NCBI GenBank assembly: GCA_035550375.1
Contig: DASZPH010000038.1
Coordinates: 90,667 to 154,666, forward strand
Length of the DNA: 64,000 nucleotides
DNA from: Pirellulales bacterium
Lineage (GTDB): Bacteria > Planctomycetota > Planctomycetia > Pirellulales > JAICIG01
Reading direction: 5' to 3'
A program made the position numbers and the translations under genes. Shown here piece by piece: positions 52,200 to 61,245 of this stretch; the first letter of the stretch is position 1; each line of letters begins with the position of its first letter. The notes under the pieces are model-generated. The model saw nothing but the letters and a program-made list of their open reading frames with translations, made no database searches and was not told the origin of the DNA.

Positions 52200-54143
52200 A
52201 TGACGACATCAGATACTCATGTTCCGTCCGCTCCTGGCGTCGACGGTCGGCCGGACAACGGCCGCTCGTTCGCCGAAACGGCCCTCAAGCTCGGCGGCAA
52301 GAGCGAGGAAGAAGCACGACGAACGGGAGCCATCGACAAGGCGGATGACCAGGTCGAGGCGCTGTTCGCCCCGCAGTACCAGACGACCGCCAGCCCGGCT
52401 CACCGGGCGGTCTGGGACGGGCACGTGCCCGTGGAACTATTTTCCTTTCCGCCGCCGGCCACCCCGCCCGACGTAGCCAAGGTGATGGACGACTCGCTGG
52501 CGGTCGTGCGACGGCACCGTGACGCGGGAACTTTGCTCGACGAGAACCGCAAGGTTTCCCAGCAGGTGCTGGGTGAACTGGGAACGGCCGGCTACTGGGG
52601 CCTGCTCGTCGACCGGCAATACGGCGGTTCGGGCGCGCCGTTCACCAGCTTCGGCCCCTTTCTGACTCGGATGGCGACGATCGATCCGACCGTGGCGGGC
52701 ATGGCTTCCGTGCACGGCTGCATCGGCGCGGTCGATCCCGTGCGCACCTTCGGCACGCCCGATCAGAAGGAGCGGTTCTTGCCGCGCCTGGCCAGCGGTC
52801 AAAGCCTATCGGCCTTTGCCTTGACGGAGCCGAACGCCGGCAGCGATCTGACGGCGCTGCGCACGCGGGCCGTGCTCGACGGCGATGATTACGTGGTCAA
52901 CGGCGAAAAGCTGTTCATCACCAACGTGTTGCCGGGGCGCACGATCGGCCTGGTCTGCCTGATCGAGAATCGGCCCGCCGTGCTGGTGGTCGACCTGCCA
53001 GCGCAGGAAGACGAGCACTTCCAGTTGAAACGCTACGGCCTCTACGCGCTCAAGCACACGCACAACCTGGGCATTGTCTTCCGCGACTTCCGCGTGCCGG
53101 CCACAAACCTGCTGAAGCCGACTCGCGGCGACGGCCTGACGATCGCCTACCACGGACTGAACCTCGGCCGGATCGCCCTCTGCGCTACGGCCGCGGGCAG
53201 CATGAGGCTGATGCTGGCCGGCATGCTCCCCTGGGCCCATTTCCGCAAAACATACGGCGCGGCGATCGACACGCGCGAGCTCGTCCGCCGCCGCATCGGC
53301 CGGATGGTGGGCCTGATCGTGGCGGCCGACGCGCTGGTCGAGTGGTGCTCGGCCTTGATCGACCAGGGATACCGCGGCGAGATGGAGTGCATCATCGCCA
53401 AGATCTTCGGCAGCGAGGCGCAGAAGGAAGCGGCGGTTGAGTTGCTGATGAAGACCCACGGGGGCCGCTCTTTCCTGCACGGGCACCTATTCGGCGACAA
53501 CGTCCACGAGTTCCTCGCACCGTGCATTTACGAGGGCGAGGGGGAAATGCTGGGCATGGCCTTCTTCAAATCGCTCGTCAAGCATCACGGCACGAAGTTC
53601 TTCGAGCCCATCGGCAAAGCGCTGGCGTCCGCGGGAATCAAGAAACCCAACATGGCCAATCCGGCCCACCTGGCGGTGCTCAAGGGGCCGCTGTGGGACT
53701 ACACGAAATGGTACCTGGGCCAGCGGCTGCACGCGTCGAGCAGCGTCAACTTGCCACCCATGCCTGGCGAACTCAAGGCGCACGCCGAATTCGCCGCCAG
53801 TTGGCTGGTGCAGGCCCCTTTCGAGATCAGCGCGACGATGCGCAAGCACCAACTGGCGCTGGCCGACCGGCAGTGCCGCATGGCCGAGATTTCGCAGCGC
53901 GTGCAGGACGCGATCGTGATTCTCTGCACGAGCCTGTATGCCGCCAGACAAAAAGACGAGGTGGTGCGCGCGGCCGGCGACGTTCTCTGCCGCGATTTGA
54001 GGCGCAAGCTGACCGGCCAGCGACCTTCTGACCGAGACCTGCGAGCCATGACGCGGTTGGGCGAACAGGTAGCCGCCGGCAAGTTCAAGTCGATCGAAGG
54101 TCTTGGGGTCGGGGAGATCCTGATGCCTTACCAGAACGACTGA
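52200..54143 (+). CDS. acyl-CoA dehydrogenase family protein (long form)
   Basis: 647 aa. ACAD N/M-domain motifs (GYWGLLVDRQYGGSG, SAFALTEPNAGSDL, VVNGEKLFITN) and the C-terminal helical domain (IFGSEA, IYEGEGEM). Confidence 0.85.
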   Translation: MTTSDTHVPSAPGVDGRPDNGRSFAETALKLGGKSEEEARRTGAIDKADDQVEALFAPQYQTTASPAHRAVWDGHVPVELFSFPPPATPPDVAKVMDDSLAVVRRHRDAGTLLDENRKVSQQVLGELGTAGYWGLLVDRQYGGSGAPFTSFGPFLTRMATIDPTVAGMASVHGCIGAVDPVRTFGTPDQKERFLPRLASGQSLSAFALTEPNAGSDLTALRTRAVLDGDDYVVNGEKLFITNVLPGRTIGLVCLIENRPAVLVVDLPAQEDEHFQLKRYGLYALKHTHNLGIVFRDFRVPATNLLKPTRGDGLTIAYHGLNLGRIALCATAAGSMRLMLAGMLPWAHFRKTYGAAIDTRELVRRRIGRMVGLIVAADALVEWCSALIDQGYRGEMECIIAKIFGSEAQKEAAVELLMKTHGGRSFLHGHLFGDNVHEFLAPCIYEGEGEMLGMAFFKSLVKHHGTKFFEPIGKALASAGIKKPNMANPAHLAVLKGPLWDYTKWYLGQRLHASSSVNLPPMPGELKAHAEFAASWLVQAPFEISATMRKHQLALADRQCRMAEISQRVQDAIVILCTSLYAARQKDEVVRAAGDVLCRDLRRKLTGQRPSDRDLRAMTRLGEQVAAGKFKSIEGLGVGEILMPYQND

Positions 54144-54262
54144 GCGCCTATCCGACGACCGGCATTGTGGCATGCTCCGCTCCACCTGGGCTTCGCGCCG
54201 CCCGCCGGTGCAGATAAAGTACGCGGCCCTTCACACGGTCAAAAAACGCACGGAGTTGCTCG

Positions 54263-54472
54263 ATGAAACGCTTCTGCACCGCGCTGGTCTGCCTGGTGGT
54301 GGGTGTGGCCATCCTGGGGCATTTTCTCCGGTGGTATCGCGTCACTACCCACAAAGAAGGTTCGACCTTCGACATCCACATCACGTTCGACGAAGAGAAA
54401 ATCCGCGAAGACGAAATCAAGGCCGAGCAAGAACTGAAACGCTACGGCCAGCAGTTCAAAGAGCAGCGGTAG
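54263..54472 (+). CDS. possible small single-TM protein
   Basis: 69-aa ORF with an N-terminal TM (FCTALVCLVVGVAILGHFL) and a charged C-terminal tail. No family recognised. Confidence 0.4.
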   Translation: MKRFCTALVCLVVGVAILGHFLRWYRVTTHKEGSTFDIHITFDEEKIREDEIKAEQELKRYGQQFKEQR

Positions 54473-54591
54473 GACATGGGCGCCTGCCGTGCCGAGCGGA
54501 AGGCAGTAATGTCCTCGAAGGATGGCTCCGTGTAGTGCAGGCCGCCGTCACCCCGGCCCTTTCCCAAGGCCCAAGGGAGGGGGAGGAATGT

Positions 54592-54996
54592 CTACCCTCC
54601 CAGAACGTCGTTCAGCACCTCTTCGGACACGTAAATCGGCAGCGGAGGGTCGCAGGTGACCGCCACGGCGATGGCGTCGGACGGGCGGGCGTCGATTTCG
54701 ATCAGTTCCCCGTCGTGCTTGATGCGCAGCCGGGCGTAGTAGGTGTGCTCCTTGAGCTCGCTGATCACGACGCTCTGAAACTCGCCACCCAAATTGTCCG
54801 CCACGCTCACCAACAGGTCGTGGGTCAAGGGCCGCGGCGACATAAACCCCTTCACGCGGCGGTCGATGCTGGTCGCCTCGAACAGGCCGATCAAGATCGG
54901 AAACGAACGATCGCCGTCAACCTCCTTAAGGTAGATGACTTGCTGATCGTTGATCTCGCTGATGATAATCCGCGACAACTCCATCTGCACGGGCAT
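54592..54996 (-). CDS. bifunctional nuclease family protein (BFN/DUF151)
   Basis: VIYLKEVDGDRSFPILIGLFEATSI, RPLTHDLL and IDARPSDAIAVAV match the conserved blocks of the DUF151 bifunctional nuclease domain. Confidence 0.85.
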   Translation of the reverse strand: MPVQMELSRIIISEINDQQVIYLKEVDGDRSFPILIGLFEATSIDRRVKGFMSPRPLTHDLLVSVADNLGGEFQSVVISELKEHTYYARLRIKHDGELIEIDARPSDAIAVAVTCDPPLPIYVSEEVLNDVLGG

Positions 54997-55244
54997 AAAA
55001 GCCGACCCTGCAAGCTGCTCTTCGTTGGGTGGTAAAGCTCGATTATAAGTCGCCGCGCCGGCCAGCGGCTAGTACTTGCAGATTGCGACGGGCGCCGCCG
55101 TTAAAGCCGGAAGGGTGGTACGAGCAACGCGAGTCCAACATTTGCTGCCGCTTTGACTGGGATGGCCTTGTTTTTCGGTGAGACTCGCTTTGCGCGTTCC
55201 ATCCTACCACCTGCCTCTCCCTCGCGCTAGCGCCGCCGGTCCGG

Positions 55245-56630
55245 CTACCCGAATTGCAACGTGAGCAGCAGTTCCTTGACGTCCGTCACGGCGATCGTTT
55301 CGCGCTCGATGGCCCGGCTCGACGAGATGAAGACGGGCGCTTCGCTCGCTTCACGGCCGCCGGCAGGCAGACGACCGTGGCTCCCTTTCACCACCCGCGC
55401 GTCGAGCCCGATCAGGTCCATGTAATAACGGAGACCAAGGGCCTTGCGCGCCAGCCGCCGAGCCAGGCGCAACTTGGGAAAACGAAGGCTCGGATCGATC
55501 GCCAGCTCAGCCGGGTCGTAGCCAGGCTTGCGATGGATGTCGACCGTGCGGGCGTAATCGGGCGCAAGCGCGTCGTCGAGCCAGAAGTAGTAGGTGAACC
55601 ATGCCCCGGGTGCCGCGACCGCCACGAATTCGCCCGACCGCGGATGATCGATCCCGAACTCGGCTTGGGCGGGGCGATCGAGCACCTGCTCGATCCCTTG
55701 TGTTCGCCGCAAAAGCTCCCCGACTTGATGCAAGTCGCGCGGATCGCGGACGTAGACGTGCGCCACCTGGTGATCGGCCACGGCAAAGGCCCGCGAAGCG
55801 CCGCAATCGAGCGTTTCCCAGCCGAGTGGTTCCCGCCGCGCTTCGATGAACCCGTGTTCGCGCAAGGTCCGGTTGATATGAACGGGCCGATTGACTGCCG
55901 CGATGGCGTATTCGGAAAGAACGACCACGTCCGCGTCCTGCGAGCGGGCGGCGTCGATCAGTTTGCCGGTCTCGGCGTCGACGGCTCGCAGGTCGTCGGC
56001 GATGCGCGGGTCGTCCGGGCCGAGACGCTGCAGGTTGTAGTCGAGGTGCGGCAGGTAGACGAGGGTGAGCGTCGGTCGATAGTCGGCCATCACCGCCAGC
56101 GAGGCGTCGGCGATCCAGCGCGTGCTGCGGATGTCGGCCCCCGGCCCCCAGAATTGAAACAGGGGAAACGTGCCCAGTCGTTCTTGCAACCGGTCGCGCA
56201 GTTCCGGGGGCTGGCTGTAGCAATCGGGCAGCTTCCGACCGTCGGCCGGATAGCTGGGCCGAGGCGTCACCGACCACTCCACGTCGGCGTACATGTTGAA
56301 CCACCAGAACATTTTGGCGGTGGTATGCGCCGCGTCGCGCCGGCGGGCCGCCTGATATACCCGCTCGCCCGTCACGAGATGGTTTGATTGCCGCCAGAAG
56401 AGCACCTCGGCCAGATCGCGAAAGTACCAGCCGTTGCCGACGATCCCGTGCTCGCGCGGCATCAGGCCGGTCAGCATGGTCGACTGTGCCGAGCACGTGA
56501 CGGCCGGCAACACCGTCCCCATCGGCCGGGCAAAGCCTTCCTTGGCGAGCCGCGAGATGTGGGGCGTGTTCGGCCCGAGATGGTCGGACGTGAGGCCGAC
56601 TACATCAACGACGACGAGGGGTTTGGTCAT
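55245..56630 (-). CDS. alkaline-phosphatase-superfamily nucleotide pyrophosphatase/phosphodiesterase-like protein
   Basis: VVVDVVGLT, LPAVTCSAQSTMLTG (nucleophile region), GIVGNGWY, YLPHLDY, VVLSEYA. Confidence 0.85.
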   Translation of the reverse strand: MTKPLVVVDVVGLTSDHLGPNTPHISRLAKEGFARPMGTVLPAVTCSAQSTMLTGLMPREHGIVGNGWYFRDLAEVLFWRQSNHLVTGERVYQAARRRDAAHTTAKMFWWFNMYADVEWSVTPRPSYPADGRKLPDCYSQPPELRDRLQERLGTFPLFQFWGPGADIRSTRWIADASLAVMADYRPTLTLVYLPHLDYNLQRLGPDDPRIADDLRAVDAETGKLIDAARSQDADVVVLSEYAIAAVNRPVHINRTLREHGFIEARREPLGWETLDCGASRAFAVADHQVAHVYVRDPRDLHQVGELLRRTQGIEQVLDRPAQAEFGIDHPRSGEFVAVAAPGAWFTYYFWLDDALAPDYARTVDIHRKPGYDPAELAIDPSLRFPKLRLARRLARKALGLRYYMDLIGLDARVVKGSHGRLPAGGREASEAPVFISSSRAIERETIAVTDVKELLLTLQFG

Positions 56631-56764
56631 CGGGGCGAAAACGGGAGGGACTGTCGATCCGAGGCTTGCTCGCCAGGGCCAGTCTGCGTGGGTCCCCTCG
56701 ACAAGTCAACCCGATCCGGCGGGTATTGGAATTCGATGACCGTTGCCGCGGGGTGCCGAGCCTT

Positions 56765-58774
56765 TCAGGTCCCTTCCAGCTTCTCGTTCTGCCCCAACAG
56801 AATCCGCTCGGCGCGGAAGACGATCTCCAGGTCACCCGACTTGAGCGCCGTCTTCAGCGCGGGAATCGCCAGGCGGCCGAGTTCGGTGAGGCGTTTCTCG
56901 GCGTCCTCGCGCTGGTTGTATTCGGGCGATCCCAAGTCGGCGATCAGCTTCTGCACTTCGTCCTTGATCTTGGGATCGATGTTGCGGATCATCACCAGGG
57001 CAGCGCGGACCGTCTTTCGCGGTGCCGGGTAGGCTACAAGCGGCAACCGTTCCTCGATCGCCTCCGGCGGCAGCCGGCAAAGAACGATCATCTCCTTGGG
57101 TTCGCTCAGCGCAGCGCCGGCACGGTCAAGCACCAAATCGACCTCCTGCTGCGTCAGTCCGAGCTTGAGCAGGCTGGCTCTCAGCGACTCGCTCACCGAT
57201 TTGAATTCCTGGGCGTCGAAAGGGACGACGGATGACATCGCCACTTCTGTCGGTTCTAGTGCAGCGGCAGGTTTTGCGGCAGGAGGTGCGGCGGGCTGTG
57301 CGGGGACCGGGGCACCCGTGCCAGCCACCACTACCCGAGCGATGCCGCCCGGCGCCGCGACGACGACTGCCGCAGGCGCGGCCGCCTGTGGGGCCGCTTT
57401 GGGCTCCTCTTTGACTTCGGCCGGCTTCTCTGTCTCAGCCTCCTTCACCGGCGTCTCGGCATCAGGTTTTGCGGCCGGCTTCCCAGCGTCGGGTTTTGCG
57501 TCAGCCTTTTCCGCCTCCGGCTTGGTGGCGGCTTCTGGCTTTCCGGCTTGTTGCTCGGCGTTTCCTTTCACCAACGACATTTCTCGGACGAAAACCGTGC
57601 CGGTTTCGCCGCCGAGAACGAACCCGATGCGATTTTTATCCTTGACGACCCCTTGCGCGCGAAACTTAAACTCGAAGCTTTGAAATTCGCCGGTAAGGGC
57701 AACCTTTTCGCGTAGTCCGATATCGTGCCAGTCTGCCTGGTCGATGCCGGCAGCCACCGTCACGGCGCGATCGGCGGACGCCTTTGCTTGAAACTTGACG
57801 ACATATTCTTGACCTTCCTGAAGATCAAGATTGGGCCGCAACGCTTGAATGTGCCAGTCGGTGCCCGTTATCGCGTCGACCTGAAATACCGTGATGTCGC
57901 CTTCGATGCGCTGCGACCCCTTGGCCGCGTCGAGGACGTCCAGCCGCCACGGACTGGCCTCGCTCGCTTTTCCCGGTGAATCCATCAACACGACCCGATC
58001 GTCATGACCGGCGACGAGATTGGCCGCCTTTGGTTGCGACGGCGGCAGTTTATCGAGACGACCGACACGCACTCCCCCTTCCTCGGGCGCCAAGACAAAC
58101 AAGTCGACAAGCGGGTGCTTTCCGGAGTTGGTGATCAGATACTTCTCCGGCCCGCCCGTGATCTGCACCGGCACTTCGTACTTCAATTCCGCGTCATAGG
58201 TGAGAAATCGTTCGCAACGCGACTTGTCTTTGACGTACAAGGCATCGAGGCCGCGGGCCTGGTTGAACCAGTGTTTTTCATCGACCGTAGCGAACAGGCC
58301 GTCGTTGCCCGCGTCGGTGGTCGTCGCGATATCCAGCCAGCGCACGCGGCCGCTTTTGCTCTCCGCCGGTGGCCAATGGCCCACGAACCGACCGGACTGA
58401 ACGCGGAGATCAATCTCCAGATCTTTGACCGGCTCTCCGTGCAGCGTGATCAGCCCCACTGGCGTGAGCTTGCGGGCCTCGTTGGCGCGGCTGCGGTCGG
58501 TGTCGACGACGCCGGGCATCGCGCTGGGATAGTGCGCGAGCTCATTGGCTTGCTCCAGCGTCGGATCGAGCCCCCACAAAGAAACGTCGTGCAGGTCGTA
58601 CTTGACTTCCTCGTCTTCCGCGTGACCGAGAGCGGGAAACGGGAGGCAGCACGCGATCGCGCAAAACAACAGCCGCAACGGGCCGCGAAAGGGCCGAAAG
58701 ACTTCAAACACGCGTACGCCTCGCACGCTCGTCGCCCCGTGCCAACGGTCCGTCGCCATCGCTTCTTCTCTCAT
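56765..58774 (-). CDS. secreted protein with CBM4/9-like carbohydrate-binding module, PAEK-rich linker and HEAT-like C-terminus
   Basis: Signal region LLFCAIACCLPFPALGHA. CenC-type CBM-like block (FQVDAITGTDWHIQALRPNLDLQEGQEYVVKFQAKA...IGFVLGGETGTVFVREMSL). C-terminal EDAEKRLTELGRLAIPALKTALKSGD. ATGA overlap with the upstream gene. Confidence 0.7.
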   Translation of the reverse strand: MREEAMATDRWHGATSVRGVRVFEVFRPFRGPLRLLFCAIACCLPFPALGHAEDEEVKYDLHDVSLWGLDPTLEQANELAHYPSAMPGVVDTDRSRANEARKLTPVGLITLHGEPVKDLEIDLRVQSGRFVGHWPPAESKSGRVRWLDIATTTDAGNDGLFATVDEKHWFNQARGLDALYVKDKSRCERFLTYDAELKYEVPVQITGGPEKYLITNSGKHPLVDLFVLAPEEGGVRVGRLDKLPPSQPKAANLVAGHDDRVVLMDSPGKASEASPWRLDVLDAAKGSQRIEGDITVFQVDAITGTDWHIQALRPNLDLQEGQEYVVKFQAKASADRAVTVAAGIDQADWHDIGLREKVALTGEFQSFEFKFRAQGVVKDKNRIGFVLGGETGTVFVREMSLVKGNAEQQAGKPEAATKPEAEKADAKPDAGKPAAKPDAETPVKEAETEKPAEVKEEPKAAPQAAAPAAVVVAAPGGIARVVVAGTGAPVPAQPAAPPAAKPAAALEPTEVAMSSVVPFDAQEFKSVSESLRASLLKLGLTQQEVDLVLDRAGAALSEPKEMIVLCRLPPEAIEERLPLVAYPAPRKTVRAALVMIRNIDPKIKDEVQKLIADLGSPEYNQREDAEKRLTELGRLAIPALKTALKSGDLEIVFRAERILLGQNEKLEGT

Positions 58775-60576
58775 TTCTTCTCGGCCCGAAACAGCCGCGC
58801 GTCAGCCCAGATCACGCGGTCACCGGTGTCTTCCGCCTCGCCAAAGTCGACTTCGAGCGATAACTGCTTGACGCCCGACAGGGCCACTTCGACGGCCACC
58901 GGATCGGCCGTCGCAGCCAGGTCGGGATTGACGAACAGTTCCTTTTCGTCGCCGAGCACCCGGCAAACGACGCGGCCGCGCCCTCGCGAGCTTTCGTCGA
59001 ACCCGACCGTCGCCTTGAACGACTCATACTCGCCGTCGATCGCGTAGGTGAGCACGCACCGGGAATGCACCGCCAGCCCCTTGGAATACGTCTTTCCCTT
59101 CAACTTCAGCGGGCCCCCGTCGAACGCCTGGTCGCGGCACCAGGGTATCAGCCGGCCAAAGTAAGGAACTTGCTCGACGGAGAGCGGCTCCAGGTCTGAG
59201 ACGAACGTGACCTTGCCGTTGCGAAACACGACGCGCGCCACGGCGCTGCGCGGCACAGCCACCGGTCCCCAGGCCGTTTGCAAAGAAAGTTGCTTGTCGT
59301 CGGCCGACTGCCACCGGCCGGCCAGCAGGTCGCCCGACAGCAGGTGGGCGATTTGATATGGTTTGGCGTCGGAAGCCTTCTTGGGCCCCTTGGCGTACAC
59401 GATGCCAATCAACCGCCCGACGTTAATCGAGCGGTCCTCTCCCTCGAAGGTGAACTTCAACTTCCCTTCACTCACACCGTGGGCGACACCGGTTACCTGA
59501 GAGAGCTCCTTCTCGCGCCCCAGAACGAGCGCCGTATCTTCGGCGGCAGGATCGGCAAGGCGCGCGTCGAACTGCGCTCGATCGGCCGCCGTGCCGACCG
59601 ATGTCAGCCCGATTCCCCGCACGCTGGCGAGCGCCAGTTTTACCGGCTCCGCCGACCAGCCCGTCTTCACGGCGACCGACTCGTCGTCGAGCGAGACGAG
59701 CTCTCCGCGGACCAAGCTTTTGTCGCGGCCGTACACGGTTACGTTGGGTGGCCCGGCGCTTTCGGCCGCCGGAACGGCCGCCGCGCCGACTTTCAGTTGA
59801 TGGTCGGTGTGGGTCGTCACCTTAAGCGACGTCTTGGCCGCGCTGCCGTCCTCGTAGGTGACAGTGACCTCAATCTCGCGGTCGAAGCAGTCCTGGTTGA
59901 TCGGCTCCACGTAAACGTCGGCCGACGAGGAGGTGCCGTTTCGCTCCAGCGCGAGCTTCCAGTTCGGCGTGCGGGCCGTGTCGAGCCGCCAGATACCGCG
60001 TCCCTTGCCGCCGCGCGTGAGGGCGACGATCTGCTTGACGTTCTTTCCGTCCGCCAGGCCGCGCAGGCGAATCTGCACGTCCTGAATGCCGTTGCCCCCG
60101 GCGGCGCCGCCGACCTGCACCACGTCGTGGTTAACCTGTCCGACCCACTCCGCCGACAGGTCGGGCGCGTTGCCCAGATCGACGAGCGAGACTTCTTCTA
60201 GTGGAATCTTGCGGACCGGGTCGGTGGCGATCACGAGTTGGCCCTCTTCGATGCCCGCGACTTTGGCCGCGATGCGCTCGTCGTACACCGTGGTCACCGA
60301 CGGACCGCTCGGCACCGGCTGCGGCGCGGGTTGCGCTGCGGCTGGCTGTGCTGCCGCCGGGGCGGCCGGCTGTGCCTCGGCCGGTTTTTCGGTTGCAGGC
60401 GGCGCGTTGGCGGCCGGCGCGGCGGCGGCGGCGGCTGCTGCTGGCGCGGCGGCATCTTCCTGCGCCAAGCAAGGCGCCCGGAGCGGCGCTAGCCCCGCTC
60501 CGACGAAGACCACGAGCGGACAAATCACTTGAAACCCGGCGCGCAGCACACCGACGCTCTGTCCCGGCCGTATCAT
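58771..60576 (-). CDS. secreted NPCBM/NEW2 domain-containing protein
   Basis: N-terminal signal plus Ala/Pro-rich tract. C-terminal YLSDLEP-like block FVSDLEPLSVEQ...GGPLKLKGKTYSKGLAVHSRCVLTYAIDGEYESFKATVGFDES is characteristic of NPCBM. Confidence 0.8.
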   Translation of the reverse strand: MIRPGQSVGVLRAGFQVICPLVVFVGAGLAPLRAPCLAQEDAAAPAAAAAAAAPAANAPPATEKPAEAQPAAPAAAQPAAAQPAPQPVPSGPSVTTVYDERIAAKVAGIEEGQLVIATDPVRKIPLEEVSLVDLGNAPDLSAEWVGQVNHDVVQVGGAAGGNGIQDVQIRLRGLADGKNVKQIVALTRGGKGRGIWRLDTARTPNWKLALERNGTSSSADVYVEPINQDCFDREIEVTVTYEDGSAAKTSLKVTTHTDHQLKVGAAAVPAAESAGPPNVTVYGRDKSLVRGELVSLDDESVAVKTGWSAEPVKLALASVRGIGLTSVGTAADRAQFDARLADPAAEDTALVLGREKELSQVTGVAHGVSEGKLKFTFEGEDRSINVGRLIGIVYAKGPKKASDAKPYQIAHLLSGDLLAGRWQSADDKQLSLQTAWGPVAVPRSAVARVVFRNGKVTFVSDLEPLSVEQVPYFGRLIPWCRDQAFDGGPLKLKGKTYSKGLAVHSRCVLTYAIDGEYESFKATVGFDESSRGRGRVVCRVLGDEKELFVNPDLAATADPVAVEVALSGVKQLSLEVDFGEAEDTGDRVIWADARLFRAEKK

Positions 60577-60588
60577 ACTTTCACCCTG

Positions 60589-61245
60589 TCACGATTTTTT
60601 CGTGGGCTTGGTGCCCGCGCTGCTCTTCGAGGGTGCTGGCTCGCCCTCTTTTTTCACACCGGCCGCCTTGCCCGATTCACTCTTTCCCCGCCGCGAAGCT
60701 TCGGGGCTACCATTCGCCGCTTTCCCCGATTCGCTCGGTTCGTCTTCAGCGGCGCTGCTTGCGGGCGTCTCTTCGGCCAACTGCTTGTAATAACGCTCCA
60801 GGATCTTCTGGTAGTGGGCCGGGAAGCCTTCCGTCATCGACTGCACGATGCGATCTCGCTCGTGCGGCGGCAACTCGGCCCATTGCTTGCCCGTCTTGCG
60901 GGCAGCGTGCAGATCGCCGATCCCGCCGGGCCCGCCCTTGATGATCGAATCGTTCAGCGGCCGCATCGGATTGGCACTGCTCGAACCGCCGCGCATCTGC
61001 TCCTGCTCTTTCTCCAGTTCTTCGATCAGCTTGTCGAGCCTCGTGACGATCTGCTTCTGCTGGTCCTGAACGGGCCCGCCCGTGGTCAAACCCGACAGGT
61101 CGATCACAACTTGCTCCATCTCCAGCGTCAAATCGCCCAGCGGATCGTCAGCCCCTTCTTGAGCAAACGTTGCGGTCGGTAACAAGGCGACCGGCAGCAA
61201 GGCGACCGCCAGCGTCGATAACCGTGCCAGGTAACCCGTTCTCAT
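60589..61245 (-). CDS. hypothetical secreted protein
   Basis: Signal peptide LSTLAVALLPVALLPTATFAQ. Contains a coiled-coil segment and a Lys/Ser/Ala-rich tail. ATGA overlap with the upstream gene. Confidence 0.6.
   Translation of the reverse strand: MRTGYLARLSTLAVALLPVALLPTATFAQEGADDPLGDLTLEMEQVVIDLSGLTTGGPVQDQQKQIVTRLDKLIEELEKEQEQMRGGSSSANPMRPLNDSIIKGGPGGIGDLHAARKTGKQWAELPPHERDRIVQSMTEGFPAHYQKILERYYKQLAEETPASSAAEDEPSESGKAANGSPEASRRGKSESGKAAGVKKEGEPAPSKSSAGTKPTKKS

Noticed and set aside
54172-55035. 287-aa plus-strand ORF overlapping the BFN nuclease gene.
   Set aside because: It is antisense to a gene with clear DUF151 motifs, and its composition (R/G/H/Q-rich) is typical of a shadow frame.
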